Shown: positions 18,926-28,577 of the stretch, one piece after another | Layout of the letters: each line of letters begins with the position of its first letter | Position numbering within the stretch: position 1 is the first letter of the stretch | NCBI GenBank assembly: GCA_019058365.1 | Contig: JAHPZE010000028.1 | Location: forward strand, 1 to 56,905 | From: Promethearchaeota archaeon | GTDB lineage: Archaea; Asgardarchaeota; Lokiarchaeia; Sigyniarchaeales; SOKP01 | Reading direction: 5' to 3' | DNA length: 56,905 nucleotides | Made by a program: the position numbers and the translations under genes | The notes under the pieces: model-generated | Database searches by the model: none | The model's input: only the letters and a program-made list of their open reading frames with translations | Told to the model about the DNA's origin: nothing

Positions 18926-20506
18926 ATGGTTGATAAAGTAACACCTTTTTTAATTAACATGGGTGAAGTAATTCCAGCACGAAGTCAAGCAAGTTTACTT
19001 AACGAATTAGCAATGGGCTTAATTGAATGTGTAGGAATTTACGGTAAGAGTTTGAAAAAATTAGGAAAACTATCAAAAATTTCAACAGCTTTTTGGCCAG
19101 TTCGTTTAATTCCTTTAAGTGATACAAGAGCTTGTGTTTGCAGTTATCTTTTAAATAAACAAGAAAAATTAAGCGTAGGGAAATTTGCTCAGACGCCCCC
19201 AAGACCTGAAAATATTATTAAGGGAGCAGATCCAGCATCATTTTTAAGTTCATTACAAAATTATAATAACACTTATCTAAAAAGAGCAAAAAACTTCAAA
19301 CGGGGTGTTGTTATTCAGGAAGCTTTATTTAGTACAAGTGAAGTCGGATATTTTCAAAATTTTTTCCTTAATCAATATAGTTTAAGTTCTCAGTCAACTC
19401 CTTATTTTCTATTAGAAGGCGCATCTATTACTAAAAGTGTTGATCAAATAAAAATAGTGCCAGATATTACTGAATTTGTATCTCAAAATGATGTTAAAAT
19501 GCTAGATACCTTTGGAGATGCGATTACAAAATTATGTGAGCAATGGATTACAAAAGGTGGTAAAGAAGTTGAGAAAATTAGAGATACAAAAGTTGATACA
19601 GGGGAAGAAGAGAAGCAACTCGCGATACTTAATAAAGAAATACAAGCTGAAAAAGAACGGGAAATAGAAAAAACTCCAGAAGAATTAGTAAAACTCGGAA
19701 AATACAAAATCAATGATAAAACTGGAGAACTAAATAATCATCTTAGCACGCTCAAAAATAGTGTTGATAGTTTGAAAAACGCAATTAATCAACGTGACCT
19801 CTTTTTGGTTGAAGAAAGTTTAAAAGATATCGATGTAAAATATCGAGAGTTAGGAGATTCAATAACCAGAAATAAGAATGAAATTGCTCAATTACGAAAA
19901 AATGTGCAGCGTGAAATCTCCGATCTTGAAAAAACAAAGCAACAAAAACTCCGAGAATTAGAGCGTAAAAAATCTGAAGTTGAAAAACAAATAGAAGCAA
20001 AACATAGTGGTCTTAGTAAAGATTTAACTTCTGCCGAGGATGTAGTAGCACAAATCAAGACAGAAAAACAATCTTGTTTAGATAATATCGAATCAATGAA
20101 AGATAAAGAAATGAGCAATGTCCAAAACTTCTTCAATAATTACACTCTTGAAATAAAAACTCAAAATGTCATAGTAGGCATCCCTATTTATATATTCTTC
20201 TTTATAGATCCTAATACAAATAGAACCACTGAAAGGGCTCCTGTACTCCCAATATTAATTGATGGAGGGAAAATTGTAAGTACTAAAGTTAAAGCAAGCT
20301 TTAGACAAAAGCTCAGGGATTTAATGAATAAAGAAAATTCAATGATCGAGTTAGTTGAAACTCAAGGAGATAAAAACAATCTAATGGAAATGAAAAACTT
20401 AGATACACGCTTAGAAGATGCAATCAATGATTTACGGATAAGGAAAATCTTAAATAAGAAGCAAGCAGACACTGCTAAAAGTATTATTGCAAATCTCGTT
20501 TGGTAG
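18926..20506 (+). CDS. Hypothetical long coiled-coil protein with globular termini
   Basis: Central heptad-rich K/E/Q/L region of about 200 aa; ATG at 18926 preferred. Confidence 0.7.
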   Translation: MVDKVTPFLINMGEVIPARSQASLLNELAMGLIECVGIYGKSLKKLGKLSKISTAFWPVRLIPLSDTRACVCSYLLNKQEKLSVGKFAQTPPRPENIIKGADPASFLSSLQNYNNTYLKRAKNFKRGVVIQEALFSTSEVGYFQNFFLNQYSLSSQSTPYFLLEGASITKSVDQIKIVPDITEFVSQNDVKMLDTFGDAITKLCEQWITKGGKEVEKIRDTKVDTGEEEKQLAILNKEIQAEKEREIEKTPEELVKLGKYKINDKTGELNNHLSTLKNSVDSLKNAINQRDLFLVEESLKDIDVKYRELGDSITRNKNEIAQLRKNVQREISDLEKTKQQKLRELERKKSEVEKQIEAKHSGLSKDLTSAEDVVAQIKTEKQSCLDNIESMKDKEMSNVQNFFNNYTLEIKTQNVIVGIPIYIFFFIDPNTNRTTERAPVLPILIDGGKIVSTKVKASFRQKLRDLMNKENSMIELVETQGDKNNLMEMKNLDTRLEDAINDLRIRKILNKKQADTAKSIIANLVW

Positions 20507-20683
20507 TACTAAATTATTTAATTATCTTCTTTTTCAAATCTTTTTATATTTAAGATTTTGAAAACTCTCGTTTTTATTTGAAATACCAAACTGCCCCCAA
20601 CAAAACTTTTAAATATAAATTCATCATATTTGTAATTCACAGATATCTCAATTAAAAATTTAGATTAATTAGGGTGAAACTAT

Positions 20684-23600
20684 TTGAAAAAAACTAAAAA
20701 AATGCTAATTGTGTTAATGATTTTACTAGTAATTAATTTGGTTGGTTTTATACCGAAAAACTTACCTGATAATTCTGAAACCAATTCTAATTTTCAAGAT
20801 GGACCAACTCCTATTCTTAATAGCGGAGATCAAATACTTCTGCATACATATGATTTTGAAGATCAGACTTTAGGCCAAGATCCTACCTATGAAACTTTTA
20901 CTATTGATGAATCTTCTGGTGATGTGTATATTGACGATTTAGGCGATGCACAGCATAAATCTATGGCATTACATAAAATAGGTACAACAGGCAGAGTATG
21001 GGTTAAAGATAATTTTTCACTCGAGGGTGAAACTTATGTCTCTGGTGAATACCATTTAAAAGTATATCATGATAATTCTGGATTTGGTATAAATTTGAAT
21101 TCAGCAAATGGTGAATATATCTTAGCTATGGTATGGTGGAATGGAGAAATAAGAGATAATGTAGGTGGTACTTTTCTTGCTAATTATGCATTGAACCAAT
21201 GGATAGATGTTATTATTTATTTTGACCTTAACGTAGGTTGGATGTTTGATCTTAATGGGGTCAGATACGGCGCTGGGTATAGTTTTCCTTTTTTTGGAGC
21301 TTTTACTGCAAATGCAGAACATATTTGGATGACCTCTTTCGTATCTGGTGGTGGTGATGGCTATTTCCGCGTAGATGATATTTCTGCCTATTATAATATT
21401 ATAAACATTCTTAGCCCTTTAAATCAAACCTATACAAATGCTATGAGTGGGTATTATCCTGCTACGTATGGATTTGAAAATGACTTAGATGGATTTCTTC
21501 CTTCAGAATGGACTGATATTTCTGCAGGAACAGCAACCTCAACAGTTGAGGGTGAAATATTTAACCATAAAAAAGTGCTAAAAGCCTATGATCCTGGCTC
21601 TGGATCATGGACTGATACAAATATTACCTTTTCTCCACAAATAAGTGGAATAATAGAATTCTGGGTCTTAAAAGAGTCGGGGGGCGATGGTTCACCGTGT
21701 GATTTTAATCTTAGAGGCGACAATAAAAGTGCCGGTTACTCTGACGCAGTCCGCTTATTAATTGATGATAGTAATTGGGGTAATACTTTTTATTCAGCGG
21801 GTTACGGATATTTTGCTGTGGATAAATACTCTGATGATCAATGGTTTCATATACGGATAGATTTTAATTGTAGATCTAATAAGTATGATCTCTATTTAGA
21901 TGGATTAAAGGTGATAGATCAAGCTAATTTTTACTATACCGAGAATTATATCGACCATATACGGTTTGCTAGCTCAAACGGTCGAAGTGGTACTTATTAT
22001 ATAGATGCACTTAGTTTTTCATGGGATCCTTATTATAATATAGGAGATAATTTACATGAAGGCTTATTAATCAGTGTTGATACAGAAATACCTCTTGAAT
22101 CGATGAGTTATTCACTAGATAATCAACCAAAAAGAGCTATTTTAGGAAATATTACCATCCAGATGCCCGAAGATGGGCTTCATTCAATCCAAATATTTGG
22201 CGTAGATATATTTGGTACACATTATCAATCGGATATCAGATATTTTACTGTAGATTTTCCAATAGATATAATCACTCCTGAAGCAAAAATCTATACTGGA
22301 CCGATGAATGGGTATTATCCTGCGACATATGGATTCGAAGAAACAATTACAGATACTTTACCATCTTACTGTGATTTTGCTACTGGTGGAACTAGCCCAG
22401 ATGGTCCTGGTTCCTATGCGAGAGTTATTGATAATTGGACCGATGGTGCAGGAAATTTACATAAAAAGGTATTTAAAACATATGATCGGACTAGTAGTAG
22501 TACGGCACATTCTTCACTTTATTTTACAAATGAAGGTTCTGAAATATGTCGAAATTGCACAATTGAATTTTGGGCCTGCAATACGAATACAGGTAACTTC
22601 TACCACACGTATTTTGAAATAATCGGAAATTTAGGAAGTATGGTGCAATTTGAATGGGATTCAGGTGGTACATCAAATGATCCCGAAATAAGAATTACTC
22701 CTGGGACTGGAGAGTTCGGTACGGGTGTATATCATGAATGGAATAGATGGTATCGATATTCTATTGATATTTCTTGTGATGGTGGTTATTTGGGATTAGG
22801 AGCAAATCAATTTCGATTTCGAATTTATGATGAGATTGGTAATCCGATTTACACTTCTGCTGATTTGGATTTACTTACTACACATCCAACAGGTGGTCCA
22901 TACAGATATCATGTGTTATCGACTGAATCTCAATCTGATGTTTCTCACTATCTTGACGGTTTTGGAATCACTAGTTTGCAAGATAATTATGAAATCGGAG
23001 TTAATCTTAATGAAGGTTTATTACTCAGTTTTGAAAATAATACGAATTTTGATTGGACAGGATATACTATAGACGGGTGTATTAATAAGACAATTTTAGG
23101 GAATACTACAATTCCCTTGCCTAAGGATGGTCCACATTCAATAAAGATATATAGTAATGACTCAATAGGAACAACATATCAATCCAATATATGTCATTTT
23201 TCGGTTCATCACATCAATATTCGAACTCCTGAAGATATTATCTATACTACTCCAATGAGTGGATATTATCCTGCCACCTACGGGTTTGAAGATGAGATTA
23301 CAGGTACTTTAGGGTCTAATATAAAATTTGTGGATTGGGATAATCATGAAACATCTACAATCTTAGATGAATTAGACGGTCATAAGAAAGTTTATCAAAT
23401 ATATACTGCTGGAGGTTGGGACACTATAAGAAATTATTGGGATACAGCTCTTTTCAATGTCACTTATGAAATGTGGATGAGAGTGGATGATGCTAATGAA
23501 AAACATCGATTTTCTCTCAGTGAACTTGATACCGGAAATGATGATGGTAATGCAATAGTTCATCTAATGGTGGAAAATAATAGTTTCTATTTGGTTGATG

Positions 23601-26600
23601 ACGCTACAGCTAATGTAAGGGTTATTACTTCTTTTGCTTCAGATACATGGTACCATTTAAGAGTTGATGTTTTTTCTGATAATACTTTAGATTTATATCT
23701 TAATGACGTAAAGTTGCTTTCTAAGAATCAAACTTCAAATGACTTAACCACAGGAATAAATGGAACATTTTTTAAAGAATATGATGGGGCATCTAAATGG
23801 TTAATAGATGCTGTGGGGTATTCTGGGGATCCAAATTATAATATTGGAGATAATTTGAATGAGGGTTTACTCTTAAGTTATGTAAATTTTACATCTCTTG
23901 ATTGGCAAGGATATTCTTTAGATGGACAATCCACTAAAACAATTTTAGGAAATACTACAATTCCTATGCTTAGTGATGGAAGTCATTATATTCAAGTTTT
24001 CGGGAATGATACCTTAGGTGAACCATATTGGTCTAACACAAGACATTTTACGATAGATACAGGTTCTTTTTTTAATATAAGGACTCCAGAAAACAGAACT
24101 TATTATGCACCAATGAAGGGATATTACCCTGCAACTTTTAGTTTTGATAATGATAAAGAGGGAAATGATCCCACTGGATTGATTGTAGATGAAACTGGCG
24201 GAACTGCCAATATTTTAAATGAGTTAGACGGTCATAAGGGAGTATTGGAACTACATGATGTGAATGCAGATCTGGTTAACATTACACATGATTTTAACTT
24301 AATAGAATATGGAACTGTAGAGTGTTGGATACGATCTGATGATGTAACACAACGTACGTTTATAGAATTAAGATATGGGTCTTCATTAGGCATTTATTTG
24401 ATCATAAGAGATGATGATTGGATGTATTGGGGATCTTCGGGTATAGTATCGCTACAAAAAGCTAGTGGTGGTAATATGGATACACCGTTAGACAATATCT
24501 GGTATCATATTAGAATTGATTTTGAATGTGGTGATGGTAATTATACAGAATTAAGGGAAGATCATTGGAGAGTATATATTGATGGAATAAAGAGTGCTGA
24601 ACTAGATTTCTTTAATGGTAATCATCTTAATGGAATTAATAGCATAGTTCTTCGAACTCATCTCGGTCTTAGTAATTATTATTCCTACTTTGATGCGCTT
24701 GGATACTCATGGGATCCTTATTATAACATTGGAGATAACATATATGAAGGTTTATATCTTAGTTTTACACAAAACTCTGAATTAAACTGGATTGACTATT
24801 CATTAAATGGACTAAGTAACAGAACGATTTTTGGAAATATAACTATTCCCTTTTCGAATTTAAATGAAGGAATTAATAATATTCAATTATTTGGTGAGGA
24901 TTTTAGAGGAATTTTATATGAATCTGAAATTAGATACTTCTCAGTTGGTTATGGGATAAATATTATAACCCCCGAAGATAAGATTTACACAGAACCTATG
25001 AGTGGATATTATCCTGCGACATATGGCTTTGAAAGCGATCTTCCGGGAGCAGACGCAAAAGATTGGACACACGCAATAGTAGGAAGTACTCACTCATATG
25101 TTGTCGATTCATACAAAGGACATAAGAGAGTATATGAGTTATATGATAATGCCGGAGGAAATCCTGATACTTATACAAATTATAATGATCAACTTTCTGG
25201 AACAGTAGAGGCATGGGTTCTTGTAACTCTTTCGGATTATGTTATTTATATTGATATTAACCAAGGTGGAAGTCCTGTAATAAGGCTAATCCTTAAAGCT
25301 GGAGCATATCTTATAGCCTTGAATAATTCAGTACAAGCTAATATGACAGAATATGGGATTATAAAGGAGGATCAATGGTATCATATTAGGGTCGATTTTC
25401 GTTCAGCTTTGGCAGGAGCTTATATGGGATTAGCAGGTGATTCTTACAGGATTTATTTAAATGATACACAGTCTAATTCAGATTTACTAGTAAATATTCC
25501 ATCAGCTCAAGTAAATAGATTGGGATTTACAACAGGATGGTCATTAGCTGATCCAAATTATTATGCATATTTCGATGCTGTAGGGTATTCTTGGGACCCA
25601 GACTATAACATTGGAGATAATTTAAATGAAGGATTATTACTCAGTTTTGAGAATTCTACAGCTCTTTATTGGCAAGGGTATACTTTAGATTTTCAACCTA
25701 TTAAGACAATTTTAGGAAATACTACTATACCAATGCCTCTGGATGGTGAACATATAATTCATGTATTAGGTAACGATTCATTAGGAGAGTTCTATCAATC
25801 CAAATTGCGTCATTTTGAAGTTTGTAGTATAAATATAATCACTCCTGAAAACAAGACATATATTGAACCGATGAGTGGTTATTATCCTGCTACTTATGGT
25901 TTTGAGAGTGATAAAGATGGGGCGCTTCCAAGAGATTTTATTAATCTAAGTATGTCTGGATGTAATCTAAAAGTTATTTCTGAGTTGGATGGACATAAAA
26001 AAATCTTAGATTTAGATGATCCCGTTGCTGATGGTCACGTGTCTATGAGGAATAACCTAACAATACCCCAAGCATATGGTGCAATGGAATTTTGGGTTAG
26101 AAGTACTAATATTAACAAACCTTTTCAACTTGAATTTCAAGATAGCTCCTTAAATGTTTTAGCAGGTCTTCAACTTATGGATTCGACTTGGAAAGGGTTA
26201 AATCCGTCATGGACAATAATACCGGGATTAGGGACTCCATTGGTCAATAATTGGCATCATATAAGAATAGATTTTGAATGTACAGTTGGAAATTATACAG
26301 GTTTATCTCAATATACATTAAGATATACGGTAGACAATACATTATCAGCAATTTTACCATTTTTAACTAATTGTTCACAACTAGATACAATTCTATATTG
26401 GACAAGCACATCTAATGATAATTATCATATCTATTTAGATGCGTTGAGCTATTCATGGGATCCTTATTATAAAATTGGAGCTAATTTATATGAGGGATTA
26501 TTGCTTAGCTATGAAAATCAAACAGTTTTAGATTGGCAAGGATATTCTCTGGATGGTCAATCTATCAAAAATATTTTAGGAAATACAACACTAATTATGC

Positions 26601-28498
26601 CCGAGAACGGATTACATAATATTCAAGTTTTAGGCAATGATTCATTAGGTTTTATGCGATATTCTCAGTTTAGATATTTTACAGTACAATATTTCCCAAT
26701 CGAGATAATCACTCCTCAAAATAAGACCTATACTGAACCGATGAGTGGTTATTATCCTGCTACTTATGGTTTTGAAAATGATGAGAACAACAATTTTCCA
26801 AAAGGATGGACCAACAACTCTGGGCAATATGGTTATGCTAAAGTTATTGATGGAATTGGTGGACATAATAAGGTTTTGGAATGTTACAGTGGTACAGAAG
26901 ATGGTTCTCGGATTGCTTCGAGTAACTTCTTTGATCCGCAAGAGTATGGCTCATTTGAATTTTGGTGGTATAAATCTTCAAATTATACATCAGCAGCAAT
27001 TATAGATATTTGGGGAGAAACTCCGGATGTTTGCATATCGATTAGAGCAGATCACTGGCCAAGTGCTAATAATGATAAAATTGAATATCAAAGTGCTTCT
27101 GGTTATCAAGATACGGGATATCCTTATTATGCTGATAATAAGTGGATGCATTTTCGTATAGATTTTAATTGCTCATCGGATACCTATAGTCTTTGGATAG
27201 ATCAAGTACAGTATCTTGATAATATTGATTTCGTTAATTCAAAGAACGAAACTGGTGTTAATCAAATACGATTTGATAGTTACAATGCTGGAAACGCAGT
27301 TTTATATTATGTTGATGCTTTAGGATTTTCATGGGACCCAAACTATAACGTTGGAGATAATCTTTATGAAGGTTTATTAATTAGTTTTGAAAGTAGTATT
27401 GATCTCAATTGGCAAGGATATTCTTTAGACTTTCAACCTATTAAAACAATTCTAGGAAATACCACCATTCCAATGCCATCTGAAGGATTACATACTATTC
27501 AAGTGATTGGGAATGATTCATCAAGTACTATGCGATATTCACAACTTCGATATTTTACATATGTATCTGATATCTTTCCTCCTACTATAACAATCAATTC
27601 GCCACTTTTGAATGCACTTTTCGGCAATGCTGCACCGTTTTTTAATTTGACTATCTTAGATCCAGATGTAAATACAATATGGTATACCTTTGATGGGGGT
27701 TTAATAAATCTCACAATTACTTGGAATTTTGGATATCTCGATCAAACTGAATGGGATAAAATTGGAAATGGTACTGCAACCATCAGGTTTTATGCAAATG
27801 ATACAATTGGGAATACAGGGTTCGAAGAGATAACAATTAGAAAGGACATAATATCCCCAGATATTACAATTGTTTCCCCGAGTTTTAATGATCTCTTTGG
27901 AAGTACTGCACCATCATTTAGTTTTAACATTATTGAACCAAATTTAGATAGTAGATGGTATACATTAGACGGTGGAGTAACAATTATTCCAATTTCAGGA
28001 CCTACAGGATCTATAGAACAAGCAGAATGGTATAAGTTTGGCAATGGGACTGTTACTATTAGATTCTATGCAAATGATTCGGTTGGAAATTCTGGATGGG
28101 AAGAGGTAACAGTTAGAAAGGATATACTCCCTCCCTTTATAACGATTACTAACCCGATAGAGGATCGAGTATTTACAGAGAGAGCGCCAAATTTTGATTT
28201 AACTATAAACGAAGGAAATTTGGATCAGATATGGTATACTTTAGATAATGGATTAATAAATAGAACTTGTGCACTTTCTGGACAAATTATTCAAGAGTAT
28301 TGGAATGCATTGCCACCTGGAGAATACACTCTAAGATTTTATGCTACTGATACATTGGGCCATGAAAGCTTTGCGGAAGTAATGATTAGGAAAATAGAAT
28401 CCCCTGCTATATATAGTTATAATATAATTATACTTTCTCTAGTAATGATATTCAGTTTAATATCAATTTCATGGGAAATTAAGAAAAGAATAAAGTAA
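20684..28498 (+). CDS. Giant secreted, C-terminally anchored surface glycoprotein with 7 Ig-like/LamG-like tandem units and 3 Ig-like domains
   Basis: N-terminal KK plus hydrophobic signal; seven M(S/N/K)GYYPAT(Y/F) units; C-terminal TM plus KKRIK; many NxT/S sequons; GGGTGA SD before TTG. Confidence 0.85.
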   Translation: MKKTKKMLIVLMILLVINLVGFIPKNLPDNSETNSNFQDGPTPILNSGDQILLHTYDFEDQTLGQDPTYETFTIDESSGDVYIDDLGDAQHKSMALHKIGTTGRVWVKDNFSLEGETYVSGEYHLKVYHDNSGFGINLNSANGEYILAMVWWNGEIRDNVGGTFLANYALNQWIDVIIYFDLNVGWMFDLNGVRYGAGYSFPFFGAFTANAEHIWMTSFVSGGGDGYFRVDDISAYYNIINILSPLNQTYTNAMSGYYPATYGFENDLDGFLPSEWTDISAGTATSTVEGEIFNHKKVLKAYDPGSGSWTDTNITFSPQISGIIEFWVLKESGGDGSPCDFNLRGDNKSAGYSDAVRLLIDDSNWGNTFYSAGYGYFAVDKYSDDQWFHIRIDFNCRSNKYDLYLDGLKVIDQANFYYTENYIDHIRFASSNGRSGTYYIDALSFSWDPYYNIGDNLHEGLLISVDTEIPLESMSYSLDNQPKRAILGNITIQMPEDGLHSIQIFGVDIFGTHYQSDIRYFTVDFPIDIITPEAKIYTGPMNGYYPATYGFEETITDTLPSYCDFATGGTSPDGPGSYARVIDNWTDGAGNLHKKVFKTYDRTSSSTAHSSLYFTNEGSEICRNCTIEFWACNTNTGNFYHTYFEIIGNLGSMVQFEWDSGGTSNDPEIRITPGTGEFGTGVYHEWNRWYRYSIDISCDGGYLGLGANQFRFRIYDEIGNPIYTSADLDLLTTHPTGGPYRYHVLSTESQSDVSHYLDGFGITSLQDNYEIGVNLNEGLLLSFENNTNFDWTGYTIDGCINKTILGNTTIPLPKDGPHSIKIYSNDSIGTTYQSNICHFSVHHINIRTPEDIIYTTPMSGYYPATYGFEDEITGTLGSNIKFVDWDNHETSTILDELDGHKKVYQIYTAGGWDTIRNYWDTALFNVTYEMWMRVDDANEKHRFSLSELDTGNDDGNAIVHLMVENNSFYLVDDATANVRVITSFASDTWYHLRVDVFSDNTLDLYLNDVKLLSKNQTSNDLTTGINGTFFKEYDGASKWLIDAVGYSGDPNYNIGDNLNEGLLLSYVNFTSLDWQGYSLDGQSTKTILGNTTIPMLSDGSHYIQVFGNDTLGEPYWSNTRHFTIDTGSFFNIRTPENRTYYAPMKGYYPATFSFDNDKEGNDPTGLIVDETGGTANILNELDGHKGVLELHDVNADLVNITHDFNLIEYGTVECWIRSDDVTQRTFIELRYGSSLGIYLIIRDDDWMYWGSSGIVSLQKASGGNMDTPLDNIWYHIRIDFECGDGNYTELREDHWRVYIDGIKSAELDFFNGNHLNGINSIVLRTHLGLSNYYSYFDALGYSWDPYYNIGDNIYEGLYLSFTQNSELNWIDYSLNGLSNRTIFGNITIPFSNLNEGINNIQLFGEDFRGILYESEIRYFSVGYGINIITPEDKIYTEPMSGYYPATYGFESDLPGADAKDWTHAIVGSTHSYVVDSYKGHKRVYELYDNAGGNPDTYTNYNDQLSGTVEAWVLVTLSDYVIYIDINQGGSPVIRLILKAGAYLIALNNSVQANMTEYGIIKEDQWYHIRVDFRSALAGAYMGLAGDSYRIYLNDTQSNSDLLVNIPSAQVNRLGFTTGWSLADPNYYAYFDAVGYSWDPDYNIGDNLNEGLLLSFENSTALYWQGYTLDFQPIKTILGNTTIPMPLDGEHIIHVLGNDSLGEFYQSKLRHFEVCSINIITPENKTYIEPMSGYYPATYGFESDKDGALPRDFINLSMSGCNLKVISELDGHKKILDLDDPVADGHVSMRNNLTIPQAYGAMEFWVRSTNINKPFQLEFQDSSLNVLAGLQLMDSTWKGLNPSWTIIPGLGTPLVNNWHHIRIDFECTVGNYTGLSQYTLRYTVDNTLSAILPFLTNCSQLDTILYWTSTSNDNYHIYLDALSYSWDPYYKIGANLYEGLLLSYENQTVLDWQGYSLDGQSIKNILGNTTLIMPENGLHNIQVLGNDSLGFMRYSQFRYFTVQYFPIEIITPQNKTYTEPMSGYYPATYGFENDENNNFPKGWTNNSGQYGYAKVIDGIGGHNKVLECYSGTEDGSRIASSNFFDPQEYGSFEFWWYKSSNYTSAAIIDIWGETPDVCISIRADHWPSANNDKIEYQSASGYQDTGYPYYADNKWMHFRIDFNCSSDTYSLWIDQVQYLDNIDFVNSKNETGVNQIRFDSYNAGNAVLYYVDALGFSWDPNYNVGDNLYEGLLISFESSIDLNWQGYSLDFQPIKTILGNTTIPMPSEGLHTIQVIGNDSSSTMRYSQLRYFTYVSDIFPPTITINSPLLNALFGNAAPFFNLTILDPDVNTIWYTFDGGLINLTITWNFGYLDQTEWDKIGNGTATIRFYANDTIGNTGFEEITIRKDIISPDITIVSPSFNDLFGSTAPSFSFNIIEPNLDSRWYTLDGGVTIIPISGPTGSIEQAEWYKFGNGTVTIRFYANDSVGNSGWEEVTVRKDILPPFITITNPIEDRVFTERAPNFDLTINEGNLDQIWYTLDNGLINRTCALSGQIIQEYWNALPPGEYTLRFYATDTLGHESFAEVMIRKIESPAIYSYNIIILSLVMIFSLISISWEIKKRIK
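21401..27565 (+). repeat. Seven tandem ~860-950 bp intragenic repeat units
   Basis: The MxGYYPAT motif starts at 21443, 22304, 23255, 24113, 24998, 25871 and 26741; a 42-nt exact duplicate lies at 25864-25905 and 26734-26775. Confidence 0.9.
27569..28395 (+). repeat. Three tandem ~92-aa Ig-like repeats
   Basis: DI.PP.ITI..P...F...AP.F...I...WYT.D.G...W...RFYA.D..G repeated three times. Confidence 0.85.
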
Positions 28499-28577
28499 AT
28501 TCTATTATTAAAAAAATTTAAGGATAAATATTAAAAGATCAATTAAATAAAAATAAATAATTGAATGGTGGATTTTA

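Noticed and set aside
21401-27565. CRISPR array or DGR template/variable repeat pair
   Set aside because: Repeats are in-frame protein units spaced about 870 bp apart; no reverse transcriptase or cas genes and no adenine-specific mismatch pattern seen
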